A stretch of 64,000 bases of DNA from Candidatus Omnitrophota bacterium (GCA_028712255.1 JAQTQJ010000001.1:140366-204365); one strand, 5' to 3'; numbered from the stretch's first letter, positions 1-10,119 are shown. The notes: generated from the letters alone by a model not told the origin. Program-made: numbers and translations.

Positions 1-302
1 AATACGCTGCGGCAGTGTTAAAAAACAAAAAAGGAAAATTAGGATTTTTAAATTTTGCGATTAAAATTACCAAGGAATGTGATTGCCTTGCCAAGGATGA
101 TCCCCGGATTGTTCCTGATATCGGGATATTAGCATCGTTTGATCCGGTAAGTATTGATCAAGCCGCTTTTGATTTGGTGAATCAGTATTGCGGCAAAGAT
201 ATTTTTAATGAACTTCATCCTCAGCGCGAAGGTACTAAGCAGCTTAAATACGCCCAAAGATTAGGCCTGGGGAATTTAGATTACGAGTTGATTGAGTTAT
301 AA
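1..302 (+). CDS. DUF362-family protein, C-terminal fragment (5' end outside window)
   Basis: The ORF 15..302 translation (…ITKECDCLAKDDPRIVPDIGILASFDPVSIDQAAFDLV…) resembles the conserved C-terminus of DUF362 proteins. The reading frame is open to the window edge. Confidence 0.45.
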   Translation, partial: YAAAVLKNKKGKLGFLNFAIKITKECDCLAKDDPRIVPDIGILASFDPVSIDQAAFDLVNQYCGKDIFNELHPQREGTKQLKYAQRLGLGNLDYELIEL

Positions 303-305
303 ATT

Positions 306-3218
306 ATGGATAAAGTTTTAGAAGGATTAAATAAGGAACAGATAGAAGCGGTTACGCATAAAGAGGGGCCGCTGTTAATTATTGCCGGCGCAGGCACAGG
401 TAAAACGCGGGTAATTACTCAGCGCATCGCATGGTTGATTAATCAGGGCCTGGCTAAAACCGATGAAATCCTCGCCCTTACTTTTACCGATAAAGCAGCC
501 AAAGAAATGCAGGAGCGCGTGGATATCTTGATGCCGTATGGTTATACGGATATTTGGATTTCTACATTTCACGCTTTTGGTGACCGCATCCTGCGTGAGA
601 ATGCTTTAGTTGCTGGATTAAATCCTGATTTTAAAGTGCTTGCCGGCCCTGAGGCTGCGGTATTTTTCCGTGAACATATTTTTGAGTTTACGCTTAATTA
701 TTATCGTCCGTTAGCTGAGCCTACCCGTTTTATCGAAGCATTGATTTCGTTTTTCAGCCGGGCAAAAGATGAGGATATTTCAGCTGGCGAATATTTAAAA
801 TACGCGCAGGATTTTTTAATCCAGGCAAAGAGTAATCCGCTAGATAAGGCCGCAGAAGAATTGGCAGTGCAGCAGATGGAGGTGGCTAGAGCCTATGATA
901 AATACCAGGAGCTTTTGGCAAAAGAAGGATTGGTGGATTTTGGTAATCAATTTTATTTAAGTCTGCAGCTATTGCGTGAGCATCCTTTGATTTTACAGAA
1001 TTACCAGAAGCAATTTAAATATATTCTAGTTGATGAATTTCAGGATACCAACTTTGCGCAGTTTCAGATTGTAAGGCTGCTTGCTGGTTCCTTAAAAAAC
1101 ATTACCGTTGTTGGAGATGATGATCAGTGTATTTATCGGTGGCGCGGGGCAGCCTACAGTAATCTGGTAAATTTTAACAAAGAGTATCCGCAGGCAGAAA
1201 AAATTACCTTGATTCAGAATTACCGTTCCAGCCAGCCAATTTTGGATAGCGCTTATCAATTGATTCAAAATAATAATCCGGAACGTTTTGAAGTTAAGGC
1301 CAATATTGATAAGCACCTTGTTGGTTTGAGTAAAGAAGGCGGAAGGCCCATTTATTTGCATTTTGATACCCATTCAACGGAAGCTGATAATGTAAGTAAA
1401 ATTATACAAGATAAGGTAAGTTTAGGTAAGTTTAAGTATAGGGATTTTGCTATTCTTGTACGCTCTAATTCCGATGCTCAAGGCTTTATTCAGTCGTTGA
1501 ATATGCAGAGTATCCCTTGGCAGTTCAGCGGTAACCAGGGTCTATACGCTCGGGAAGAGGTAAAGCTATGTATTAATTTCTTGCGGGTAATCGCTAATCC
1601 TTCGGATTCGTTAAGCTTGTATTATTTGGTGAGTTCTGAGATTTATAAAGTAAATTTAGTCGATTTGTCATTGTGTAATCATTTTGCCCGGCGTAGAAAC
1701 CGCTCGCTTTATTCTGTGTTTGGCGATTTAGAAAAGATTCCGGAGTTAGCCCAGGTTCAGGATCAGACTAAAGAGGAAGTAAAACAGGTGCTTGTGGAGA
1801 TTGAAAAATTCCTGCAGGTTTCTCGTGATGAAACAACTGGTAGGTTGCTCTATGCTTTTTTTACTGATACTGGTTATCTTAAATTTTTAACCCATGATCC
1901 GACTTTAGAAAAAGAAGCCAAAATTCAGAACATCGCTAAATTTTTTAACCAGGTGCGCGATTTTGAACTAATTGCTAAAGAGGACAGAGTAATTAGTTTT
2001 ATCAAACATCTGAATCTGTTGATTGATTCCGGAGATGACCCACCGACAGTAGAAGCAGACTTGGATCAGGATGCGGTGAATATCCTGACTATTCATAAAG
2101 CCAAAGGCCTGGAGTTTAGGGTTGTTTTTTTAGTTAGTTTGGTACAGGGAAAATTTCCGCTTCGTAAACGCGGCCAGCAGATCGAATTACCAGATGCTTT
2201 GATTAAAGAAGTCCTGCCTACTGGAGATTTTCATATTCAGGAGGAGCGCCGGCTTTTTTATGTAGGAATGACCCGCTCTAAAGAAGAGTTGTATCTGACT
2301 AGCGCTGATGATTATGGCGGCAAGCGCCTTCGTAAGGTGAGTCAATTTGTGATTGAGGCTTTAGGTAAACTTGCCGCGCAGGATATTGAGAAAAAGAAAA
2401 CTGCGGCCATTGAAAGTATTGCGCGTTTTGCTCCAGTTAAGGAGTTACCTAAATCAGGCCTGCAAGAGATCCCTGAAGATAAGTTAGTTACTCTAAGTTA
2501 TTATCAGATTGATGATTATTTAACTTGTCCTCTGAAATATAAATATGTAAATATTCTGCGCGTGCCAATTATGGAGCATCACACGGTTATTTACGGCCGG
2601 GCGATGCATGAGGCGGTAAGCCAATATTTATTACGGAAGCTCAATGGTACTAAGGCGACCATAGATGAGCTTTTAGATTGTTTTGAAGCTAATTTCGACC
2701 CCCAAGGGTTTTTAGATGTTAATCATCAAGAGGAACGTTTTCGCATTGGCAGAGAAGCTTTAGTCAGATTTTATAAAGATGAAGAAAACCGTAAATCTCT
2801 CCCCAAATTTATTGAAAAAGATTTTTCTTTTGTGATTGGGGATAATAAAATCAGTGGTAGGTTTGACCGTATCGATATGGAACATGGTGGCGCGGTGATT
2901 ATGGATTTTAAGACCTCGGAAGTTAAAATACAGAAAGATGCTGATAAACGTGTCAAGGAAAACAAGCAGCTGGCGCTTTATGGTTTGGCGTATCAGCATA
3001 TATTCGGAGTTTTACCTGTTGCGGTAAAATTATACTTTTTAGAGTCTGGAATTATCGGCCGGCATGAGCTAAGTGAAGATGATTTAGAAGAGGTAAGAGA
3101 AGATATTTTGAAAGTTTCCGCGGGTATCAGGCGTCAGAATTATCCGGCTAAACCGGAATATAAAGCCTGCACTTACTGCGCTTACAACCAAATCTGCCCA
3201 TCTGCGGTAATTCGCTAG
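306..3218 (+). CDS. UvrD/PcrA-family ATP-dependent helicase fused to a C-terminal PD-(D/E)XK Cas4/AddB-like Fe-S nuclease domain
   Basis: The N-terminus has a Walker A motif (GAGTGKT) and UvrD-like motifs (DEFQDTN, VVGDDDQCIYRWRGA). The C-terminus has one Cys in YLTCPLKYKY plus C-x2-C-x5-C (KACTYCAYNQICP), typical of RecB-family nucleases with a 4Fe-4S cluster. Its ATG begins 3 nt after the upstream stop codon. Confidence 0.85.
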   Translation: MDKVLEGLNKEQIEAVTHKEGPLLIIAGAGTGKTRVITQRIAWLINQGLAKTDEILALTFTDKAAKEMQERVDILMPYGYTDIWISTFHAFGDRILRENALVAGLNPDFKVLAGPEAAVFFREHIFEFTLNYYRPLAEPTRFIEALISFFSRAKDEDISAGEYLKYAQDFLIQAKSNPLDKAAEELAVQQMEVARAYDKYQELLAKEGLVDFGNQFYLSLQLLREHPLILQNYQKQFKYILVDEFQDTNFAQFQIVRLLAGSLKNITVVGDDDQCIYRWRGAAYSNLVNFNKEYPQAEKITLIQNYRSSQPILDSAYQLIQNNNPERFEVKANIDKHLVGLSKEGGRPIYLHFDTHSTEADNVSKIIQDKVSLGKFKYRDFAILVRSNSDAQGFIQSLNMQSIPWQFSGNQGLYAREEVKLCINFLRVIANPSDSLSLYYLVSSEIYKVNLVDLSLCNHFARRRNRSLYSVFGDLEKIPELAQVQDQTKEEVKQVLVEIEKFLQVSRDETTGRLLYAFFTDTGYLKFLTHDPTLEKEAKIQNIAKFFNQVRDFELIAKEDRVISFIKHLNLLIDSGDDPPTVEADLDQDAVNILTIHKAKGLEFRVVFLVSLVQGKFPLRKRGQQIELPDALIKEVLPTGDFHIQEERRLFYVGMTRSKEELYLTSADDYGGKRLRKVSQFVIEALGKLAAQDIEKKKTAAIESIARFAPVKELPKSGLQEIPEDKLVTLSYYQIDDYLTCPLKYKYVNILRVPIMEHHTVIYGRAMHEAVSQYLLRKLNGTKATIDELLDCFEANFDPQGFLDVNHQEERFRIGREALVRFYKDEENRKSLPKFIEKDFSFVIGDNKISGRFDRIDMEHGGAVIMDFKTSEVKIQKDADKRVKENKQLALYGLAYQHIFGVLPVAVKLYFLESGIIGRHELSEDDLEEVREDILKVSAGIRRQNYPAKPEYKACTYCAYNQICPSAVIR

Positions 3219-3225
3219 TAAAAAG

Positions 3226-3260
3226 GGGACGTTTCCCCCTGGGGGGAACGTCCCCTTTTT
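3226..3260 (+). terminator. GC-rich hairpin flanked by A5/T5, a likely bidirectional intrinsic terminator
   Basis: aaaaaGGGGACGTTTCCCCCtGGGGGGAACGTCCCCttttt forms a stem of about 14 bp with a T-run immediately after the helicase stop. Confidence 0.7.
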
Positions 3261-3273
3261 ACACTAATAGAGG

Positions 3274-3302
3274 TTGACAGACGGCGGTATTTGGATTAAA
3301 GT
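3274..3302 (+). promoter_or_regulatory. Candidate sigma70 promoter for plsC (TTGACA-17-TAAAGT)
   Basis: -35 TTGACA at 3274-3279, a 17-nt spacer, then TAAAGT, followed by an AAAGGG ribosome-binding site and ATG at 3322. Confidence 0.35.
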
Positions 3303-3321
3303 ATAAAGAAGAGTAAAGGGC

Positions 3322-4050
3322 ATGAAAGTGATTATTTCGATATGGATTTGGATCTGTAGTATTTTACTGACTATTCTGCTGTTTTTTGTGGTTTTAGTTT
3401 TAACCATTCTGCTTTTCCCGTTTGATAAAAAAAAGAAGGTTACCCACGCGCAGTGTTTCTGGTGGTCGGATGCGGTAATTAGCTTAAATCCTTTCTGGAA
3501 CGTAAAAGTCAAAGGCCTGGAGAACATTGACCATAATAAAACCTATGTAATCATTGCTAACCACCAGAGCTTGGCCGATATTGTGGTGCTTTATCAGCTC
3601 AAAAGCCAGTTTAAATGGGTAGCTAAAGCAAGTTTATTTAAACTCCCATTTGTCGGATGGTGTCTGAGCTTGATTAAGCACATAAAACTTACCCGCGGCG
3701 ACTTTGCCAGCATAAAGAAAATTTATCACCAAGCAAGCCAATGGCTGCGTAAAGATATGTCGGTATTGTTTTTTCCGGAAGGCACCCGTAGCAGCAATGA
3801 CCAGATGGGTGAATTTCAGAATGGGGCATTCAAATTGGCGATTAAAGAAAAAAAACCAATACTTCCGATTTGCATAAAGGGTACGCAGGAAGCAATTCCT
3901 AAGGGAAGTTGGATTTTTTCGACTAAAGTTACGGCCACAGTTACTGTACTGCCAGAGATTGCAATAGGCGGGTTTGGCCCGGCTGATTTTTCTTCTCTTA
4001 GAGATATCGTCCGCGCAAAGATTCAGGAAACACTACTTTTACAAAATTAA
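3322..4050 (+). CDS. plsC: 1-acyl-sn-glycerol-3-phosphate acyltransferase
   Basis: N-terminal transmembrane segment; acyltransferase motifs NHQSLADI (HX4D) and FFPEGTRS. Confidence 0.8.
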   Translation: MKVIISIWIWICSILLTILLFFVVLVLTILLFPFDKKKKVTHAQCFWWSDAVISLNPFWNVKVKGLENIDHNKTYVIIANHQSLADIVVLYQLKSQFKWVAKASLFKLPFVGWCLSLIKHIKLTRGDFASIKKIYHQASQWLRKDMSVLFFPEGTRSSNDQMGEFQNGAFKLAIKEKKPILPICIKGTQEAIPKGSWIFSTKVTATVTVLPEIAIGGFGPADFSSLRDIVRAKIQETLLLQN

Positions 4051-5111
4051 TGAAAAAAAAGTTTAAGATTATAATTTGGGTCTTTGCGGTTTTATTAGTT
4101 ATATTTTTGATAGCCAGTATTTTAGTTGGAATATATGCTCCCCGGATTGTTGAAGAACAGATTCAGCAGAACTTAAAACTTAAAGTTAGCCTTGGTAAAG
4201 TAAGTTTAAGCCCGCCATTTACTATCACCCTTGAGAGACTAGAGATAGGTAATTTTGCTAGTATTAAAAAGGTATCTTTATCACCGAATCTAGTCGCTCT
4301 GTTATTTGGTAAAATAGTTATTCATGGCTTAAATGTTGTTGAGCCGGTGATTAATCTTGAGCAGTCAGCAGATGGGAAATTAAATCTGCCAGTCCTTGAG
4401 CAGAAAGAGAAGCCTCCCGCGATTTACTTGACTAGCCTGAGAGTGCAAAGTGGAAAAATAATTTTTACAGACAGAAAAGTTACTCCAGAAGGTTTTCAGA
4501 TAATTGTGGATAATCTCAATATAAAAGTGGCCAAAGTTTCCTTACCGATTACATCGCTAGCAACAAATTTCAACATCAGCGCCCAATTGCTTAATTCACA
4601 AGGAAAAGCTTTTGGCGATATTGTATTTGATGGTTGGCTGGATTATTTGACCAAAGATATGAACGCCAAATTAGAAATTAAGGATATGGATATAGCCAAT
4701 CTATCCCCGTATTATGGTAACTTTATATCAAATAAGAAAATTTCTTCGGCTATGTTGAATTTAAGTTCGGTTTTTAACTCTAAAAATAATACTTTAAGAA
4801 TTAATACAGATTTTAATCTTTCTAAGCTTATATATGAACAGAATCAGCAGCTGCAGCCGGAATTCGAACTGATGAAAGATGCCCTGGATTTCTTTATTGA
4901 TCCTGAGGGTAATTTACACCTGGAGTTTGGTATTGATACTAAACTGGATAATCCTGCTTTAAGCCAGGAAAAATTAAAAAGTATAATTTTAAAAGCGGCA
5001 ATGAAGAATTTAGCCAATCAGCCGCCCCAGCAGTTAGCGGATAAGGTGGTTAGCGTTATAGATAAGTATAAAAATATAGGCAAGGAGTTAAAAAGTATTT
5101 TTGGAGAGTAA
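4050..5111 (+). CDS. Hypothetical membrane-anchored protein, possibly AsmA/DUF748-like
   Basis: N-terminal transmembrane helix followed by a beta-rich repetitive region. Its start overlaps the plsC stop. I recognise no catalytic motifs. Confidence 0.4.
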   Translation: MKKKFKIIIWVFAVLLVIFLIASILVGIYAPRIVEEQIQQNLKLKVSLGKVSLSPPFTITLERLEIGNFASIKKVSLSPNLVALLFGKIVIHGLNVVEPVINLEQSADGKLNLPVLEQKEKPPAIYLTSLRVQSGKIIFTDRKVTPEGFQIIVDNLNIKVAKVSLPITSLATNFNISAQLLNSQGKAFGDIVFDGWLDYLTKDMNAKLEIKDMDIANLSPYYGNFISNKKISSAMLNLSSVFNSKNNTLRINTDFNLSKLIYEQNQQLQPEFELMKDALDFFIDPEGNLHLEFGIDTKLDNPALSQEKLKSIILKAAMKNLANQPPQQLADKVVSVIDKYKNIGKELKSIFGE

Positions 5112-5250
5112 AAAAAGGGGGATAGTTTTATTGTGAGATGTCATTTTCCGTCATCCTGAGCGAAGCGAAGGATCTTATTAGTTTCGAGATTCTTCGGTTT
5201 TCGGCCTAAGAATGACAAGAATTTAGGCATTTAGCAATAGTCCTAGATAA

Positions 5251-5913
5251 ATGCAAGAGGCTAAAACAAAATCAGTGAGGAATATCGAAGAAAAGATGGA
5301 GAGTTTGGATGTCAATTCTTTGCGTTACCATATTTTAGAGAGCGCCAAGAATTTCAAATGCTCTTGGATTGAATTGGGGCGCTCTTTATATTCGGTTTAC
5401 AAAGATAAGATGTATAAAGAGTGGGGGTATATTAATTTTGATATTTATGTTGCTGGCGAGATTGGCATACGCAAACAGACAGCGATGAAGTTGCTTAAGT
5501 CGTATTATTTCCTGGAAAAAGAAGAGCCGCAGTATTTAAAAACTGATTATGCCGATTCGGCTAAGCCTGTAAATATTCCCAGCTATGAATCAGTTGACCT
5601 GTTACGTCAGGCAAAAAATAAAAAGGGTTTGGATGAAGAAGATTACAGCAGTTTGAAGAAGGAAATATTCGAAAAGGGTAAGGATGCCAGTGAACTTAAG
5701 AAGAATATAGGAGTAATTATTCGCCAGAGACAGGAATTGGATCCGCAGGCGGCACAGGCAAAAAGAAGGAGTTCTACTTTAAAAAGGCTGCTTGGCCAAT
5801 TACGTATGCTTAAGCAAGAGGTCCATGTATTGAAGTTACTCCCAGCCGGGCTAGTTAAAGATCTGGATGATTTAATTAGAAATATTGATTTAGAGATAAT
5901 GGCCCTTCCTTAA
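5251..5913 (+). CDS. Hypothetical protein
   Basis: Uninterrupted 220-aa ORF with lysine-rich, AT-biased codon usage consistent with the rest of the window. No recognisable domain. Confidence 0.5.
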   Translation: MQEAKTKSVRNIEEKMESLDVNSLRYHILESAKNFKCSWIELGRSLYSVYKDKMYKEWGYINFDIYVAGEIGIRKQTAMKLLKSYYFLEKEEPQYLKTDYADSAKPVNIPSYESVDLLRQAKNKKGLDEEDYSSLKKEIFEKGKDASELKKNIGVIIRQRQELDPQAAQAKRRSSTLKRLLGQLRMLKQEVHVLKLLPAGLVKDLDDLIRNIDLEIMALP

Positions 5914-5957
5914 AAGGTATTAGGAAGGCCTGCCCTTTTGGGCAAGGAGTAATTTTA

Positions 5958-6371
5958 ATGTCTTCCGATCCGGAAATAGCGATGACTTTGGAAAGAAGAA
6001 TGGCTCTTTTAGGGGTGCGTGAGGATGATATCGTGGAGCGGTTTATTCGTTCAAGTGGGCCAGGTGGCCAAAATGTCAATAAGACTTCTACCTGTGTGTA
6101 TTTAAAACATCTTCCTACAGGTATAGAAGTAAAATGCCAGCGCCAGCGTTCGCAGCTTTTGAATCGTTCATTAGCCAGGCATATCCTTTTGAGTAAAATT
6201 GCTCAGAGAAACCAGCAGGATAGTTTAGCCAGGCAATCGCTTAAGGCTAAAATTATGCGCACTAACCGTAAAAAGCCAAAGGGGTTGAAAATAAAAATCC
6301 TGGAGAATAAGCGTAAGCATGCACAAAAGAAAACCTTACGTAAAAAGGTCAGAGACCTTGAAGTTGAATAA
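5958..6371 (+). CDS. arfB: Alternative ribosome-rescue factor ArfB (peptidyl-tRNA hydrolase, GGQ family)
   Basis: GGQ motif in SGPGGQNVNKT; about 137 aa with a basic C-terminal tail (KKPKGLKIKILENKRKHAQKK), typical of ArfB/YaeJ. Confidence 0.8.
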   Translation: MSSDPEIAMTLERRMALLGVREDDIVERFIRSSGPGGQNVNKTSTCVYLKHLPTGIEVKCQRQRSQLLNRSLARHILLSKIAQRNQQDSLARQSLKAKIMRTNRKKPKGLKIKILENKRKHAQKKTLRKKVRDLEVE

Positions 6372-6401
6372 TATTTTGTGGCACTTTAGTGGAGAAAAAT
6401 A

Positions 6402-7562
6402 GTGATGGTAATTCTGTTATTATTGATTTGTAGTTTATGTTTTCCAAATATTCTTGTGGCTGAAACCGTTACCCTTAAATCTGGCAAGACCATAGAAGGT
6501 AAAATAACGGAAAAGACAGATAAATATATAAAAATAGATTTTGATGGTATGCCGCTTACCTTCTTTCTAGATGAAATCAAAAGCATTGACGAAAGAAAAG
6601 AAGCTGTGTCTACAAGTGGGGAAATGCCCTCTGAGCTATATAATTCTTATTTTAAACTAGGCACTGACTTTCTTAAGCAAGGTAAATATGAAGAGTCAAT
6701 AAAACAATTGGAGGAGGCTCTTAAGTGCGATTCTGGCCAACCGGGAGCGTATCATAATCTGGCTGTGAGTTATGCCTGTAAAGGAGATTACCAGAAATCA
6801 ATTTTCAATTTTCAAAAGGCATTAGAAAAAGAAAATGCCGGATATGCCGATATTATTTATTATAATTTATCTACTATCTATTGTTATGCCGGTTTACTGG
6901 AAGAGGCAAATAAAACCGCAAGTAAGCTTAAGAACCAAAAATTAATTACTGGCCTTTCTGTTTTGATTGCTACTAGGAAAATAACCGGGGCAATATCTGA
7001 AACGGCTTTAGCGGCAAGCTCATTTCCGCCTGATACTATAATCCTTGCGCCGCCGCCCGATGAAAAAACAAAACAAATATTAAAGGAACAAGAGGCAACA
7101 GTCGGTGAAAAAATTTATTTCTCAAAGAATTTCCCGCTGCTTTTCTTTTACCATAGCCCTTTATCTTATTTGAACTTGGCCATATCCTCTTTTTACGATA
7201 AAAAAGATTACGCAGAATCGTATAGTTTACTGGAAAAGGCTTATAACGCCCTTGACGACAAAACGGAATATTTAAACAAGACAGCCCTGTTAGGGGTATA
7301 TCTATATCGTGGGCAACTTGGCGAAACAGAGAAAAAGTATAGTGAGGCTAGGGATAATTTTAAGAAAGCTATTGAAATTATGCCTGGTTCATGGATGCTT
7401 TATTTGCACCTGGGGATTGTTGATTATCAACTTGGTCAGAATGAAGAAGCAAGATATGCGTTCAATAAGGTTTTAATTAGTCTTCCGGCTGAAGCGCAGG
7501 AAGCGCATGTTGCTAAAAAGTATTTAGAAGCCATAGATCGGGCTACCTCATCGCGCATCTAG
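6402..7562 (+). CDS. Secreted tetratricopeptide-repeat (TPR) protein
   Basis: N-terminal signal peptide (MMVILLLLICSLCFPNILVA) followed by several TPR-like helical repeats (…YHNLAVSYACKGDYQKSIFNFQKALE…). Confidence 0.65.
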   Translation: MMVILLLLICSLCFPNILVAETVTLKSGKTIEGKITEKTDKYIKIDFDGMPLTFFLDEIKSIDERKEAVSTSGEMPSELYNSYFKLGTDFLKQGKYEESIKQLEEALKCDSGQPGAYHNLAVSYACKGDYQKSIFNFQKALEKENAGYADIIYYNLSTIYCYAGLLEEANKTASKLKNQKLITGLSVLIATRKITGAISETALAASSFPPDTIILAPPPDEKTKQILKEQEATVGEKIYFSKNFPLLFFYHSPLSYLNLAISSFYDKKDYAESYSLLEKAYNALDDKTEYLNKTALLGVYLYRGQLGETEKKYSEARDNFKKAIEIMPGSWMLYLHLGIVDYQLGQNEEARYAFNKVLISLPAEAQEAHVAKKYLEAIDRATSSRI

Positions 7563-7663
7563 TGAATGAAAAAATTATTGATTTAAAAAAATCATGAAAT
7601 TGAAGTTGCATAAAAATTTTTTTATGGTAATATACATAGACTTGGTTTTGTATGTTAGATTCA

Positions 7664-7692
7664 TTGACTTGTTAAGTTAACTAACGTATTTT
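7664..7692 (+). promoter_or_regulatory. Candidate sigma70 promoter for rpsO-pnp (TTGACT-17-TATTTT)
   Basis: -35 TTGACT at 7664-7669, 17-nt spacer, -10 TATTTT, then a GGAGG ribosome-binding site at 7705-7709. Confidence 0.35.
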
Positions 7693-7716
7693 TTTTAAAA
7701 AAATGGAGGTAGAGAT

Positions 7717-7986
7717 TTGGTTTTGGTAAAGGAACAGAAGGCAAAATTGATTGATAATTTTAAAGTGCACTCCAGAGATACTGGATCTGCAGAGGTCCAG
7801 ATAGCGATTTTAACTGAGAGAATCAATGATTTAGGAGAGCATTTTAAATCACATAAGAAAGATCTGCATTCTCGCCGCGGTCTGCTTTTATTGGTGAGCA
7901 GGCGCCGCAGACTTCTCAAGTATCTCAAGGATAAGGATATGAAAAAGTATGAAGAGATCCTGGGGAAACTTAAGCTTAGAAAGTAA
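7717..7986 (+). CDS. rpsO: 30S ribosomal protein S15
   Basis: 89 aa with S15 signature sequence (…[40 protein letters not shown]…). TTG start 7 nt downstream of the GGAGG site. Confidence 0.93.
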   Translation: MVLVKEQKAKLIDNFKVHSRDTGSAEVQIAILTERINDLGEHFKSHKKDLHSRRGLLLLVSRRRRLLKYLKDKDMKKYEEILGKLKLRK

Positions 7987-8028
7987 TCCTCGTAAGATTT
8001 AAATCCAAAAAAAGAAAGAGCTATAATC

Positions 8029-10119
8029 ATGCAAAATAAAAGTTTAAAAATTAAATTTGGCAATAATGATCTCATCTTGGAAACGGGCAAGTTTGCTAAG
8101 CAAGCAAATGGCGCAGTTACCATTACTTATGGGGGTACCGTTATATTGGTTACTGCTTGTATGTCCGCAGAAATAAGGGAAGGCCAGGATTTTTTCCCTC
8201 TGACTGTTGAGTATCAGGAAAAGACATACGCCGCCGGAAGGATTCCCGGAGGATTTTTTAAGCGTGAGGGCAGGCCCTCAGAAAATGAAATTTTAGGTTC
8301 TCGTTTAATCGACCGGCCAATACGCCCTTTGTTCCCAGAAGGATTTTTAAACGAAGTTCAGGTTATGGCAATGGTTCTTTCAAGTGACGGGGAGAATGAT
8401 CCGAATGTTTTAGCGTTAATCGGAGCAAGCGCAGCTTTGTCTATTTCAGATATTCCTTTTAAAGGTCCTTTAGCTAGCTGCCGTGTTGCCAGGATAAACA
8501 ATGAATTGGTTTTAAATCCTACTTATGCTGAAATTGAAAGTGCAGATTTAGAAGTAGTAGTGGCTGCTAATAATAATGGCGTAGTGATGCTTGAATCAAA
8601 GGCTAAAGAAGTTTCCGAAGAAGTATATTTGGAAGCGGTGAAGTTCGGGATGGAAAGTTTAAAATCCATATTAAATATGCAGGAGGAATTTTTGCGTCTT
8701 TATGGCCAGCCAAAAGCCAAAGTTGAACTTAAATTAATCGATCCTGTTTTAATGCAAAAAATTGAATCGCTTTCTAAGGATAAATTAGCTGATGTATATA
8801 AACTAAGCAATAAGGAAGGGCGTGAAGAAAAAGTAGCTTTGTTGGTTAAAGAGTTGGAGCTGCAATTAACGGGTGAAGGATTCTTGGCTTTGGATATCCG
8901 TACCGGCTTGCATGAAGTAGAGAAGAAACAGGTGCGTAAGATGATTTCTGTTGAAAATATCCGTATTGACGGGCGTTCTTTTAAGGAGATCCGTCCAATT
9001 AGTTGTGAAGTGTCTGTGCTTCCGCGTACCCATGGCTCCAGCCTTTTTACTCGCGGACAAACTCAAAGTTTGGCTGTAACTACTTTAGGTACAGGTGAGG
9101 ATGAACAGTTGATCGAAGCTTTAGATGGAGAGAGAAAGAAATCTTTTATGCTGCATTATAATTTTCCTTCTTTTAGCGTCGGAGAAACTAGGCCCGTGCG
9201 TTCACCAGGAAGGCGTGAAATCGGCCATGGTGCCTTAGCGGAGAAAGCATTGCTTGCAGTAATGCCTTCAAAAGAAAGGTTTCCTTATACGGTAAGGGTT
9301 GTTTCTGAGATTTTAGAATCTAATGGTTCCAGTTCTATGGCTTCTGTTTGTGCTGCTACTTTATCATTAATGGATGCCGGTGTTCCGATTAAGGAGGCCG
9401 TAGGCGGGGTTGCTTTAGGATTGGTTAAAGAGGGGAATAAAGTGGTAATCTTAACGGATATCGCAGGACTGGAAGATCACTTTGGCGATATGGATTTTAA
9501 GGTTGCTGGTACAGGTTCCGGAGTTACCGCTGTACAGTTGGATCTTAAAATTGACGGGATTTCCTTGGATTTACTTGAAGAATGTTTGGCTCAGTCCAGA
9601 GAGGGAAGATTATTTATCCTGGATAAGATGAGTCAGGCATTAAAGAGCCCCAGAGAAGAACTTTCTAGTTTTGCTCCGCGAATCGATGTTTTAAAGATTA
9701 ATACTGAAAAAATCGGAGAACTTATTGGCCCGGGTGGCAAGACCATCAAGGCAATAATTGCTGCAACAGGGGCGAGCATCGATATTAAGGATGATGGTAC
9801 GGTTTTGGTTGGTTCAGTTGATGCTGAAAAATCCGATGCTGCCATTAAAATGATTAAAGCAATTACCAGCGATGTAGAAGTTGGTAAGATTTATTTTGGT
9901 AAGGTAAAGCGTATTATGCAGTTTGGTGTTTTTGTTGAGATAGCCCCGCGTAAAGAGGGATTGGTCCATGTTTCTGAGTTATCCAATACATTTGTAAAGA
10001 AAATTGATGATGTTGTTAAAGTCGGCGATGAATTTAAAGTTAAAGTCATCGGCATAGATGAATTGGGCAGGATCAATTTAAGCAAAAAGCAGGCTGAAAC
10101 CGACCAGCAAAATAGTTAA
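8029..10119 (+). CDS. pnp: Polyribonucleotide nucleotidyltransferase (PNPase)
   Basis: 696 aa with two RNase PH domains plus KH and S1 domains (FFPLTVEYQEKTYAAGRIPGGFFKREGRP…). Canonical rpsO-pnp linkage. Confidence 0.97.
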   Translation: MQNKSLKIKFGNNDLILETGKFAKQANGAVTITYGGTVILVTACMSAEIREGQDFFPLTVEYQEKTYAAGRIPGGFFKREGRPSENEILGSRLIDRPIRPLFPEGFLNEVQVMAMVLSSDGENDPNVLALIGASAALSISDIPFKGPLASCRVARINNELVLNPTYAEIESADLEVVVAANNNGVVMLESKAKEVSEEVYLEAVKFGMESLKSILNMQEEFLRLYGQPKAKVELKLIDPVLMQKIESLSKDKLADVYKLSNKEGREEKVALLVKELELQLTGEGFLALDIRTGLHEVEKKQVRKMISVENIRIDGRSFKEIRPISCEVSVLPRTHGSSLFTRGQTQSLAVTTLGTGEDEQLIEALDGERKKSFMLHYNFPSFSVGETRPVRSPGRREIGHGALAEKALLAVMPSKERFPYTVRVVSEILESNGSSSMASVCAATLSLMDAGVPIKEAVGGVALGLVKEGNKVVILTDIAGLEDHFGDMDFKVAGTGSGVTAVQLDLKIDGISLDLLEECLAQSREGRLFILDKMSQALKSPREELSSFAPRIDVLKINTEKIGELIGPGGKTIKAIIAATGASIDIKDDGTVLVGSVDAEKSDAAIKMIKAITSDVEVGKIYFGKVKRIMQFGVFVEIAPRKEGLVHVSELSNTFVKKIDDVVKVGDEFKVKVIGIDELGRINLSKKQAETDQQNS

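Noticed and set aside
7695-8123. 142-aa ORF on the minus strand spanning rpsO and the pnp start
   Set aside because: It lies entirely antisense to two highly conserved genes (S15 and PNPase) and has no ribosome-binding site or recognisable motifs. It is a typical shadow ORF.
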